From an uncultured Bacilli bacterium (GTDB taxonomy: Bacteria; Bacillota_I; Bacilli_A; RF39; UBA660): a stretch of DNA of 64,000 nucleotides. The stretch's first letter is position 1. Each line of letters starts with the position of its first letter. This document shows positions 24,742 through 33,769 of the stretch, piece after piece. Position numbers and translations under genes: made by a program. The stretch covers positions 209-64,208 of the forward strand of contig CANRDN010000009.1 in the NCBI GenBank assembly GCA_947629375.1, read 5' to 3'. The notes beneath the pieces are model-generated. The model was not told the DNA's origin. It worked only from the letters and a program-made list of their open reading frames with translations, and made no database searches.

Positions 24742-26858
24742 AAAAATATTTAGAACCTGCAAAAAAAATTGCAACTACTGTTTTGATTCCTGTACTTTTT
24801 GTTGTAATTCTTTTGTTACTTTATTTTGATTTGTTTCATATCTTTAATAGAAAAGAGACTTTTAAAATAAAAGATAACATAGTTAAAACAGTAAAAGTAG
24901 AATATAGTGTAAAAGGTAATATCTTTGGAAAATTAAAACTTACTGAACTTAACAATAAAGATGTTGAAGTTAGTAAGGTAGCAGCAAGTATGGGATTTTC
25001 TTTTGACCTATCTGGTAATTTCAATGAAGATAACTTAAAAAAAGGAAAAGTTACAATAAATTATAATGATATGGCTCTCGATATGAAATTTGATGAATCA
25101 AGACTTGGGATTTTTGCTTATAATGAAGAGACAAATAATGTCGAAGAAATCGAGTCAAAAGTAGATAGTATAAAAAACACCATAACTTTTGATTTAGACA
25201 AATTTAATCGTTTTGTTGTTGTTGACACAGGACAGTGGGAAGAAATATGGAAAAGAGACCTTGCAAAAGTGCGTACTGAAGATGATTTCTTTAATGTTTC
25301 TATGATTGTCGATGATTCTGGAAGTATGTCATATAATGATGAAAGTGATGATAGACTTCAAGCCGTTCGTGAAACAGTATCAATTTTATCTGATAGAGAC
25401 TACTTTTCCATCATATCATATGAAACAAATGTAAATGTTCTTTTGGAGTTCACACAAGATACAAGTAAAGTAAATACTGCTTTAAGTAAATTTAAACATA
25501 ATGGTGTTACTGAAACAAGTTTAGCTTTAGAAAAAGCAATGGATGAAATAGAAAAACTAGATAATAAAGGTAAAAATGTAATTATCTTATTAACAGATGG
25601 CGAAGATTCAAAATTAAAGAAAAATAGTAACTCTATAATAGAAAGAGCTAAAAGTTTAAATATAGTTATATATTCTATTGGATTAGCAGATAAAACAGTA
25701 AATGAAACTGATTTCCTTCCATTAAAAGAAATAGCTGAAAAAACCGATGGACAATTCTTTAATATAAGAGAAAATGAAGTAAGTGAAATATTTGAACATA
25801 TTACAGGTGCTACAGTAGGATATGATCCAAACATCGATACAGATGGTGATGGACTACCTGACGGATTAGAGGAGCACGGATTTAGAGACTATCTTGGTAA
25901 TCTTGTTAAAACAGATCCAACAGAAGCAGATACAGATGGTGATGGAATAAGTGATAAAGATGAAATAGGAGAATTAATAAACAATTCATATTATGAAATG
26001 CCATCAAATCCAGTAGATAATGAAAGTAGTGGATATACATTGGGACCAACTAGAGTAAATGTTGATTTTACTTTTGGTGATTCAAGATTTAGAGCTAATA
26101 GAAATGCTTTTCAATTTATAAATTTTGGAGTAATTGATAATGACAAAACATATGATAGCTTAGCACCAGGAATAGCATTCTTAACGGAAAAAATTTATAA
26201 TGATACTTTAAGTAAAAATGGTGATACTTATGGAACATATCTAAAGGAAAAAGATTTTGGTAAAATAATTTCCAACAAAAAACTTTATAACTATTTATCT
26301 GATTCTGTCGAATTGCAAAAGATAAAATACAAAAAAGAGTATAATGATGTTGGGAAAAATGCAAAAATAGATATTAACAGTGAAAATATCTATGAAAGAG
26401 ATAAAGAATTAATACAAGAGTTGATGGTACAAACCGATGAATTCAATTCCATTTTGCTAAGTCCAGAAATAGGATATAGAAATATAAATAAAATAGATAC
26501 TTCTACTATATATGCTATTAGAGATGTTTTTAAAAAAGAACATCATATTATTACAATTGCACTAGGAACTGCTGATAGTACAGATAACAGTATAAACTAT
26601 AAAATGGTTTTAAATGCTTATGCTATTGAAAAATTAGATAATGATGACTTCGTTTTATATGTTTACGATAGTAATTTTCCATACAATCAATATTTAAGTA
26701 ATATTGAAGGTTTTGCTAATAACTATATTTATTTAAGAAAAAATTGGCAAGGAACTTATGATTTTGAGTATAAACCTGTATCCGATCCAAATTATCAAGT
26801 AACATCTAGTACAAATGGATTGATATCTCTTTATCATAATGGACGCGTATTGAGATAA
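24738..26858 (+). CDS. membrane-anchored von Willebrand factor A (vWA) domain protein with TSP3 repeats (706 aa)
   Basis: N-terminal TM. MIDAS motif DDSGSMS plus LLTDGEDS. Repeats DTDGDGLPDGLEE and DTDGDGISDKDE. About 270 aa of unassigned C-terminal domain. The ATG overlaps the upstream stop (ATGA). Confidence 0.75.
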   Translation: MKKYLEPAKKIATTVLIPVLFVVILLLLYFDLFHIFNRKETFKIKDNIVKTVKVEYSVKGNIFGKLKLTELNNKDVEVSKVAASMGFSFDLSGNFNEDNLKKGKVTINYNDMALDMKFDESRLGIFAYNEETNNVEEIESKVDSIKNTITFDLDKFNRFVVVDTGQWEEIWKRDLAKVRTEDDFFNVSMIVDDSGSMSYNDESDDRLQAVRETVSILSDRDYFSIISYETNVNVLLEFTQDTSKVNTALSKFKHNGVTETSLALEKAMDEIEKLDNKGKNVIILLTDGEDSKLKKNSNSIIERAKSLNIVIYSIGLADKTVNETDFLPLKEIAEKTDGQFFNIRENEVSEIFEHITGATVGYDPNIDTDGDGLPDGLEEHGFRDYLGNLVKTDPTEADTDGDGISDKDEIGELINNSYYEMPSNPVDNESSGYTLGPTRVNVDFTFGDSRFRANRNAFQFINFGVIDNDKTYDSLAPGIAFLTEKIYNDTLSKNGDTYGTYLKEKDFGKIISNKKLYNYLSDSVELQKIKYKKEYNDVGKNAKIDINSENIYERDKELIQELMVQTDEFNSILLSPEIGYRNINKIDTSTIYAIRDVFKKEHHIITIALGTADSTDNSINYKMVLNAYAIEKLDNDDFVLYVYDSNFPYNQYLSNIEGFANNYIYLRKNWQGTYDFEYKPVSDPNYQVTSSTNGLISLYHNGRVLR

Positions 26859-26860
26859 CA

Positions 26861-26890
26861 AAGACCTGTTAACTAGCAGGTCTTTTCTTT
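26861..26890 (+). terminator. intrinsic terminator
   Basis: AAGACCTG-ttaactag-CAGGTCTT followed by TTCTTT. Confidence 0.65.
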
Positions 26891-26926
26891 CAATTGTGTA
26901 AAAATAACGAAATAATATCGTTTTTA

Positions 26927-26956
26927 TTGATTTTCTTCTTGCTTTTTTTATATAAT
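26927..26956 (+). promoter_or_regulatory. sigma-A promoter TTGATT-18 nt-TATAAT
   Basis: Hexamers upstream of the MacB-like ABC gene. Confidence 0.4.
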
Positions 26957-26982
26957 GTTATAGTGAGATATGAGGTGAGAAA

Positions 26983-29442
26983 ATGCTAGAAATAAAAAAT
27001 GTTAGTAAAGTATATGATACAGCAGGTTTTAAACAGATGGCATTAGATAATCTTAGTGTAAAATTCCGTGAATGTGAGTTTGTTTCCATCTTAGGACAAA
27101 GTGGTAGTGGTAAGACAACTTTATTAAATATTGTTGGAGGCCTTGATCAATATACAGATGGAGATTTAATTATCAATGGAATTTCCACAAAACAGTATAA
27201 GGATAAAGATTGGGATGCTTATCGTAATCATAGAGTTGGATTTGTATTCCAAAGTTATAACTTGATTCCTCATCAGAGTGCTTTACAAAATGTTGAACTT
27301 GCACTAACTCTTTCTGGAGTATCAAAAGAAGAAAGAAGAAAAAGAGCTAAAGAAGCTTTAATAAAAGTTGGACTTGAAGAACATATAAATAAACGCCCTA
27401 ACCAAATGTCAGGAGGACAGGTTCAAAGAGTTGCTATTGCAAGAGCACTTGTAAATGATCCAGATATTTTACTTGCTGACGAACCAACTGGAGCACTTGA
27501 TTCTGAAACAAGTATCCAAGTAATGGAATTATTAAAAGAGATTGCAAAAGATAAATTAGTAATTATGGTTACTCATAATCCTGATTTAGCAGAAAAATAT
27601 TCAACAAGAATTATAAAATTATTTGATGGAAAAATAACTGATGACTCTAATCCTTTCGATGGAAAAGATGAAGAAGTAAGAAGTCCTAAATCAAAAAGAA
27701 ATAAGACACATATGTCATTTATGACAGCACTTTCTTTAAGTTTAAATAATTTGATGACTAAAAAAGGAAGAACGGTTTTAACAGCTTTTGCAGGTTCAAT
27801 TGGTATTATTGGAATTGCTCTTATCTTATCTTTATCAAATGGTGTTCAAGAGTATATTAATAGAGTAGAAGAGGATACTTTATCTTCATACCCATTAACT
27901 CTTCAAAAGACGACAGTAAATGGAACAGATATGATGCTTACTTTGATGGGTGAAAATAAAAGTACTAAAGGTCAAGTTGATGGAAAAATTTATTCAAACA
28001 ACATAATGACTGATGTGCTTTCATCCGCATCAAGTGGAATAACGACAAATAACTTAAAAGATTTTAAAACATTTATTGAAAGTGATAAGACAGACATAAA
28101 AAAATATGTAAGTGATATTAAATATGGTTATAATCTTGCCATAAATTTATATAAGTATGATAAGAATGGTATCGTTAAATCTAACCCAAGTACAGTATTT
28201 GATGCACTTGGACTTCAAGGAATGTCTGATCAATTTGGAACGATGAATGCAGGAGAATGGAATTCTTGGCAAGAACTTTCAAATAATCAAGAATTATTAA
28301 ATAATCAATATGATTTACTTTCAGGTCATTGGCCAGAGAAATATAATCAAGTTGTCTTAATTGTCGATGAAGATAACCAAATAAGTGATTATGCTTTATT
28401 CTCATTGGGTCTTCTAGATCAAAAACAAGTTAGTGAAATGATGAAAGCTCTTTTAGAAGGTAAGGAGATAAAGTCAGAAAAAGTATCTTTTGATTATGAC
28501 GATATAGTAGGACTTAAATATAAATTAGTATTAAATACAGATTACTATACTAAAGAAGGTAATAGATGGGTAGATCATTCTGCTGATTTAGCATATATGA
28601 AGAAAATACTTGATAAAGCAGAAGATATAGAAATCGTTGGTATTGTTAGAGTTAATGAAGAATCTACAATAAGTACTACTGGAAGAGTAGGTTATACAAC
28701 TGATTTAACTAACTATACAATTAAAAAGATTAATGAAAGTAAAATTGCTAAAGAACAATTAGCAAAACCAGAGATAAATGTCTTTACAGGAAAAAGATTC
28801 GATGACGCTGGTACAACAGTTGGAAATGTTGCAACATACGAAACAAATTTATTGCAATTAGGAATTAGAAATATCGATGATCCTGATTCAATAAGTATTT
28901 ATCCTAAAGACTTTAATGGTAAAGAAAAAATAATAGATATAATAGAAAAATATAATGCTTCTCACGAAGAAAAAGATCAAATAAGTTATACTGATTTCAT
29001 TGGAGTAATGATGAGTTCAGTTACGACAATAGTAAATGTAATAAGTTATATTTTGATGGCATTTGTAAGTATATCTTTAGTAGTGTCATCTATAATGATT
29101 GGAATAATTACTTACATAAGTGTTCTTGAAAGAACTAAAGAAATTGGTATTCTAAGAAGTATCGGTGCTAGTAAGAAAGATATTTCAAGAGTATTCAATG
29201 CTGAAACTTTAATAGTTGGATTAGTCGCAGGAGTTTTAGGAATTGTGATTACTCTTATCTTAAATGTTCCAATTAATATAATAATTAAGAATGTCGTAGA
29301 TATTTCAAATGTTTCTCAATTACCAATGATTGGTGGCTTAATACTTGTAATTATTTCGGTAGTTCTAACGATGATTGCAGGTTTGATACCATCTCGTATG
29401 GCAAGTAAGAAAGACCCAGTTGAGGCATTAAGAACAGAGTAG
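26983..29442 (+). CDS. fused ABC ATPase / FtsX-type permease (MacB-like), 819 aa
   Basis: GQSGSGKTT, MSGGQVQR and LLADEPTGALD motifs, then a TM, a ~400-aa extracytoplasmic domain, and a C-terminal FtsX 3-TM bundle. Confidence 0.85.
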   Translation: MLEIKNVSKVYDTAGFKQMALDNLSVKFRECEFVSILGQSGSGKTTLLNIVGGLDQYTDGDLIINGISTKQYKDKDWDAYRNHRVGFVFQSYNLIPHQSALQNVELALTLSGVSKEERRKRAKEALIKVGLEEHINKRPNQMSGGQVQRVAIARALVNDPDILLADEPTGALDSETSIQVMELLKEIAKDKLVIMVTHNPDLAEKYSTRIIKLFDGKITDDSNPFDGKDEEVRSPKSKRNKTHMSFMTALSLSLNNLMTKKGRTVLTAFAGSIGIIGIALILSLSNGVQEYINRVEEDTLSSYPLTLQKTTVNGTDMMLTLMGENKSTKGQVDGKIYSNNIMTDVLSSASSGITTNNLKDFKTFIESDKTDIKKYVSDIKYGYNLAINLYKYDKNGIVKSNPSTVFDALGLQGMSDQFGTMNAGEWNSWQELSNNQELLNNQYDLLSGHWPEKYNQVVLIVDEDNQISDYALFSLGLLDQKQVSEMMKALLEGKEIKSEKVSFDYDDIVGLKYKLVLNTDYYTKEGNRWVDHSADLAYMKKILDKAEDIEIVGIVRVNEESTISTTGRVGYTTDLTNYTIKKINESKIAKEQLAKPEINVFTGKRFDDAGTTVGNVATYETNLLQLGIRNIDDPDSISIYPKDFNGKEKIIDIIEKYNASHEEKDQISYTDFIGVMMSSVTTIVNVISYILMAFVSISLVVSSIMIGIITYISVLERTKEIGILRSIGASKKDISRVFNAETLIVGLVAGVLGIVITLILNVPINIIIKNVVDISNVSQLPMIGGLILVIISVVLTMIAGLIPSRMASKKDPVEALRTE

Positions 29443-29470
29443 GAAGAACAAATAGTTCTTCTTTTTCTTT
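29441..29470 (+). terminator. intrinsic terminator
   Basis: GAAGAAC-aaata-GTTCTTC followed by a T-run. Confidence 0.6.
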
Positions 29471-29481
29471 CGTTATATTTC

Positions 29482-29510
29482 TTGAAAAGCTTTATAACTA
29501 CCTGTATAAT
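29482..29510 (+). promoter_or_regulatory. sigma-A promoter TTGAAA-17 nt-TATAAT
   Basis: Hexamers with 17-nt spacing upstream of the first glycosyltransferase gene. Confidence 0.5.
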
Positions 29511-29546
29511 TAAGATAGTTATTATGTTTAACAGGGGAGGTAATTT

Positions 29547-31901
29547 ATGTTTGATTATGATTTACAACCAGGAAAGGAATTAAAAAAAGTCGAATATGAT
29601 GGTAATGATGTTTTAGTAACAATAATAACTTCTGTTTACTATGGAGAATATTTAGAACAGACTGCCAATTGTATTTTAAACCAAACTTTCCCTTATTTTG
29701 AATGGATAATTGTAAACGATGGAAGTAAAGATGAAACTACATTAAAGAATTTACAAAAAGTAAAAAGTCTCGATAAAAGAATAAAAGTATATGAAAAAGA
29801 AAACGAAGGACAAGCAGTTGCAAGAGACTATGCAGCAGAAAAAGCTAATAAAAATTCAAAATATTTTGTTTTCATAGATGATGATGACTTAATCGATAAC
29901 AATTATTTAGAGATGCTTTATTATACTTTAGAAGTTAATAAAGACGCGTCTTGGGCTTATACCGATATAGTAAACTTCGGTGCTAAGAAACTAGTTTGGA
30001 AGAATCATTTCGATTGTGAACTTATGAAAAATGAGAACCTTTTAACTATAACGGCAATGATTAGAAAAGAAGCCTTTTTCTCTGTTAATGGGTTTAATGT
30101 TAAAGAAAAAAAGATGTATGAAGACTGGAATATGTGGCTAAAAATGATTGCTCAAGGACGATATCCAGTTCATATTAGTACCAATAGCTTTTGGTATAGA
30201 ATAAAAACAAATGGTGAACTTACTAAGTCTAAAAAGAACAACCGAAAAGCCAATAAAATGATAAAAGATACAGTTAAGACTATAACTAAAAATGTAGATG
30301 CTATAGAATATCCAAGAGAAACTTATAACTGGGATATGATTTTAAGAAATAGTGTTGTTGTTCCTAAATTAAAAACTAAAAAAATAAATATATTATTTAT
30401 CTTTCCGTGGATGGTTTTAGGGGGAGCTGATAAATTCAATCTAGATTTAATTGGGTCACTTGATAAAGAAAAATATAGTGTTACTGTAGTGACAACTCAA
30501 CAGACGGAATACCGTTGGAAACAGAAATTTGAAAGTATAAGTGATTCTGTTTTTGAACTTCCTGCCTTTTTGGATAGAAAAGATTGGCCAGCTTTCCTAG
30601 AGTACCTAATAAAATCAAGAAACATAAATATAATATTTAATTCTAATAGTTGTGCTGGATATGCAATGCTTCCTTATTTAAAAAGTTTATTCCCTGAAAT
30701 TCCAATATTAGATTATATTCATATGGAAGAGTGGTACAACAGAAATGGTGGATATTCTCGTGATACTTACGGTGTATCAAGTGTTATCGATAAGACTTAT
30801 TTCTGCAATAAAAATAGTGAAAATATATTAATTGATCACTTTGGTATAAATAGAAAAAAGATAGAAACAGTTTATATTGGTGTAGATACAGAAGAATTTA
30901 ATCCTAAAAAATATAATAAAGAAGAACTGTTAATAAAATATAAAGTTCCAAAAGATAAGACAATTATCAATTTTGTTGCTCGTATCGATTATCAAAAAAG
31001 GCCATATTTATTTATTAACATAGTAGAAAAATTAGTTCAAGTTAATAAAGATGTCTACTTCTTAGTAGCAGGGGATGGACCACTTCTTAAAAAGATTAAG
31101 AAATATGCAAAGAAGAAAAAGGTTAATAAATATATTAACTTCTTAGGTAAGAGTGATACTCCAAGTGAAATCTATATGGTCAGTGATTTAAGTTTAAATT
31201 GTTCAATTAAAGAAGGACTTGCCTTAACTTCTTATGAGTCTTTAGCACTTGGAATACCAGTTGTGTCAAGTGATGTTGGTGGACAGAAGGAATTAATAAC
31301 AGATAAAGTAGGAGTAATTGTTCCTTGTCTACAAAACGAAGAAGATGCTTTTACTCTTGAATATTCAACGGAAGAAATTGATAACTATGTTACAGCAATA
31401 CAAAAAGTAATTAAGAAGTTAGATAAATACAAAAAAGAATGTCGTCAACATATTGTTCATAACTTTAATATTAAAAGTATGTATAAAAAGTTTGATGAAG
31501 AATTCGAAAAATTTGCTAAAGAGAAATCTAAATGCAAATATAGTAGTGATAACCTAGATATTGCAAGAGAATTATATGTTCAATATTTAGTTGCTTCTAA
31601 AGATACAAACGATTATTTGAATAGACAATATAATTTAACTGTTTATAAGGAAGAAAAACCAAGAAATATCAGATTCTATATAAAACATATTTCTTTCCTT
31701 AATTTCGATAGACTTGAAAGATTCTTTGTAAAACATCATTTAGCAAATGAATTTTATATAGTTGTTGTATTCCTTATTAATTTCTTTGAACTATTCAAAA
31801 ACATCTATAAGTGTACGATTGGATTTGTTATAAGTATCATCGTTCAAGTATTTAGAAGATTATCAAAATTATTTAAAAGAATTTTTAGAAAGAGTGCATA
31901 G
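29547..31901 (+). CDS. bifunctional glycosyltransferase (N-terminal GT2 + C-terminal GT4-like), 784 aa
   Basis: GT2 features VTIITSVYYGEYL...IVNDGSKD...DDDD. GT-B/GT4 features NFVARIDYQKRP...GDGP...EGLALTSYESLALGIPVVSSDVGGQKE. Hydrophobic C-terminal tail. Confidence 0.8.
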   Translation: MFDYDLQPGKELKKVEYDGNDVLVTIITSVYYGEYLEQTANCILNQTFPYFEWIIVNDGSKDETTLKNLQKVKSLDKRIKVYEKENEGQAVARDYAAEKANKNSKYFVFIDDDDLIDNNYLEMLYYTLEVNKDASWAYTDIVNFGAKKLVWKNHFDCELMKNENLLTITAMIRKEAFFSVNGFNVKEKKMYEDWNMWLKMIAQGRYPVHISTNSFWYRIKTNGELTKSKKNNRKANKMIKDTVKTITKNVDAIEYPRETYNWDMILRNSVVVPKLKTKKINILFIFPWMVLGGADKFNLDLIGSLDKEKYSVTVVTTQQTEYRWKQKFESISDSVFELPAFLDRKDWPAFLEYLIKSRNINIIFNSNSCAGYAMLPYLKSLFPEIPILDYIHMEEWYNRNGGYSRDTYGVSSVIDKTYFCNKNSENILIDHFGINRKKIETVYIGVDTEEFNPKKYNKEELLIKYKVPKDKTIINFVARIDYQKRPYLFINIVEKLVQVNKDVYFLVAGDGPLLKKIKKYAKKKKVNKYINFLGKSDTPSEIYMVSDLSLNCSIKEGLALTSYESLALGIPVVSSDVGGQKELITDKVGVIVPCLQNEEDAFTLEYSTEEIDNYVTAIQKVIKKLDKYKKECRQHIVHNFNIKSMYKKFDEEFEKFAKEKSKCKYSSDNLDIARELYVQYLVASKDTNDYLNRQYNLTVYKEEKPRNIRFYIKHISFLNFDRLERFFVKHHLANEFYIVVVFLINFFELFKNIYKCTIGFVISIIVQVFRRLSKLFKRIFRKSA

Positions 31902-31917
31902 TCACTCTTCTTTTCTT
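31890..31917 (+). terminator. intrinsic terminator overlapping the stop codon
   Basis: AAGAGTG-6 nt-CACTCTT followed by a T-rich run. Confidence 0.5.
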
Positions 31918-31918
31918 A

Positions 31919-31927
31919 TGTTATAAT
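31919..31927 (+). promoter_or_regulatory. extended -10 promoter element TGTTATAAT
   Basis: TGTTATAAT lies 35 nt upstream of the ATG at 31963. Confidence 0.4.
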
Positions 31928-31962
31928 GGTTTTATAAATAATATTATTTGGGGGAAATGCTT

Positions 31963-33747
31963 ATGAAGAAATATATTCATTATTGTTGGTTTGGCCCAAA
32001 GCCAATTCCAAAACTTACTAAAAAATGCATCGAAAGCTGGAAGAAATATCTCCCGGATTATGAAATAATTAAATGGAACGAAGAAAATGTTAACTTAGAT
32101 GAGTGTCCTTTTATAAAAGATGCTTACGATAATAAAATGTGGGCTTTTGTCGCTGATTACGCAAGAACGAAAGCTTTAAATGAAATGGGTGGAATATACT
32201 TTGATACCGATGTCGAAGTTATAAAAAAGATTGATTCTTTATTAGAAGATGAAGCTTTTTTGGGAGTAGAAGATTCAGGTAAAGTTAATTCTGCTGTATG
32301 GTATGAAAAAGAACCAAATGGTTATTTGAGTACAGAACTACTAAAAAAATATCGAAGCTTTGATAAATTTAATAAAGAAGATGCACCAAAAGTTGCTATT
32401 CCAATCCTTATAACAGAAATATTAAATAAAATAGGTTTTAATATAAAAGATAAAAATATTCAAAAATTAAAACATAATATAACAATCTATCCTCGTGATT
32501 ATTTTTATCCTTATTCATATAATAGAGAAAATAATTTATTTACAGATAACACTTGTATGATTCACTATTTTGATGCAACCTGGATTCCTTTTAAAGAAAG
32601 AGTAGAGAATAATTTAATAAGACGCGTGGGAAGAAAAAATACTCAAAGAGTATTATCAGTCTATAGAGGAGCTAAAAATGTAGGAAGAGTAGTCCTTTTT
32701 CCTGTTGTAAAATATCGAAGAAAGAAAGCTTTAATTACTAAGGAATATCTTGATAACATCGAAAGATCAATTAGTGAAATAAAAGAAAATAAAGATGCTC
32801 CTTATATTGCGATACATAATGGTACTTTTATGGGAGTAACGAGCGCTACTAAAGAGTTATTCACAAATACTGTGGATATAAGAGAAATATATAGAAGTAA
32901 AGATATTAAAAGAATCGGAAAAGAAATAATTAATAACAATATCGGACAAGTAATCTTCAGTGCAATGTCTATAGGTGATAAAGATTTAATTCTTTATTTA
33001 AAAAGTAAAAAGAAAAAACTTAAAATAAAAGTCTTTTGGCACGGAAGTAATTCTCAAGTTTCAGATAAATACGGCTGGGAACGTAATCAAGAGATAATTG
33101 AACTTGCAAGAAAAAAGAAAATAAATACTTTTGCAACTTGTAAAGAAAGTCTTTTCAAATTTTATAAAAAACAAAATATTAATGTTAAATTCATAACAAA
33201 TAAAGTTGATGTTAAAATAGAAAAAGAAGATAAAAAAGAAGATAAGAAAATTAGAATTGGAATATATGCAGCAAGTCCTGAAGATTGGCGTAAAAATATG
33301 TTCTCTTCTTTAGCAGCAGCATCTTTAATCGATAATGCGGTTGTCGATATGGTTCCACTAAATGATAGAGCAGTGGAGTATGCTAAAACGCTTAATTTAA
33401 AAATTGAAGGTAAAGAGCAATCACTACCAAGAGAAGAACTTATTAAAAGAATGTCTAAAAATACTGTTAATCTTTATGTGACTTTTTCAGAGTGCTCGCC
33501 AATGCTTCCTTTAGAAAGCTTTGATGCTGGTACAATATGCATTACGGGAAATAACCATCATTACTTCAAAAATTCAGAGCTTGAAAAATATCTTGTTGTA
33601 AACAACGAAACAGATCCAAAAGAAATTAAAGAAAAAATATTACAAGCAATCGCTAATAAAAATAAAATCTTAAAGTTATATAAAGATTTTAGAGAAAAAA
33701 ATATGAAATTATGTCAAAAACAAGTAGAAGATTTTCTAAAAGATTAA
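31963..33747 (+). CDS. two-module glycosyltransferase (N-terminal GT32/Caps_synth-like DxD domain + C-terminal GT-B-like module)
   Basis: MKKYIHYCWFGPKPIP...SWKKYLPDYEIIKWNE...FVADYARTKAL...GGIYFDTDVEV. The C-terminal PLESFDAGTICITGNN resembles the GT4 E..A.G.P motif. The start at 31963 is 7 nt after GGGGGAA. Confidence 0.7.
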   Translation: MKKYIHYCWFGPKPIPKLTKKCIESWKKYLPDYEIIKWNEENVNLDECPFIKDAYDNKMWAFVADYARTKALNEMGGIYFDTDVEVIKKIDSLLEDEAFLGVEDSGKVNSAVWYEKEPNGYLSTELLKKYRSFDKFNKEDAPKVAIPILITEILNKIGFNIKDKNIQKLKHNITIYPRDYFYPYSYNRENNLFTDNTCMIHYFDATWIPFKERVENNLIRRVGRKNTQRVLSVYRGAKNVGRVVLFPVVKYRRKKALITKEYLDNIERSISEIKENKDAPYIAIHNGTFMGVTSATKELFTNTVDIREIYRSKDIKRIGKEIINNNIGQVIFSAMSIGDKDLILYLKSKKKKLKIKVFWHGSNSQVSDKYGWERNQEIIELARKKKINTFATCKESLFKFYKKQNINVKFITNKVDVKIEKEDKKEDKKIRIGIYAASPEDWRKNMFSSLAAASLIDNAVVDMVPLNDRAVEYAKTLNLKIEGKEQSLPREELIKRMSKNTVNLYVTFSECSPMLPLESFDAGTICITGNNHHYFKNSELEKYLVVNNETDPKEIKEKILQAIANKNKILKLYKDFREKNMKLCQKQVEDFLKD

Positions 33748-33769
33748 ATAAATTTAGGAGGTGTTTTAG

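Noticed and set aside
24738-26858. TerY-type vWA / kinase / phosphatase triad, or a MoxR-vWA system
   Set aside because: No Ser/Thr kinase, PP2C phosphatase or MoxR AAA+ gene lies in the neighbourhood.
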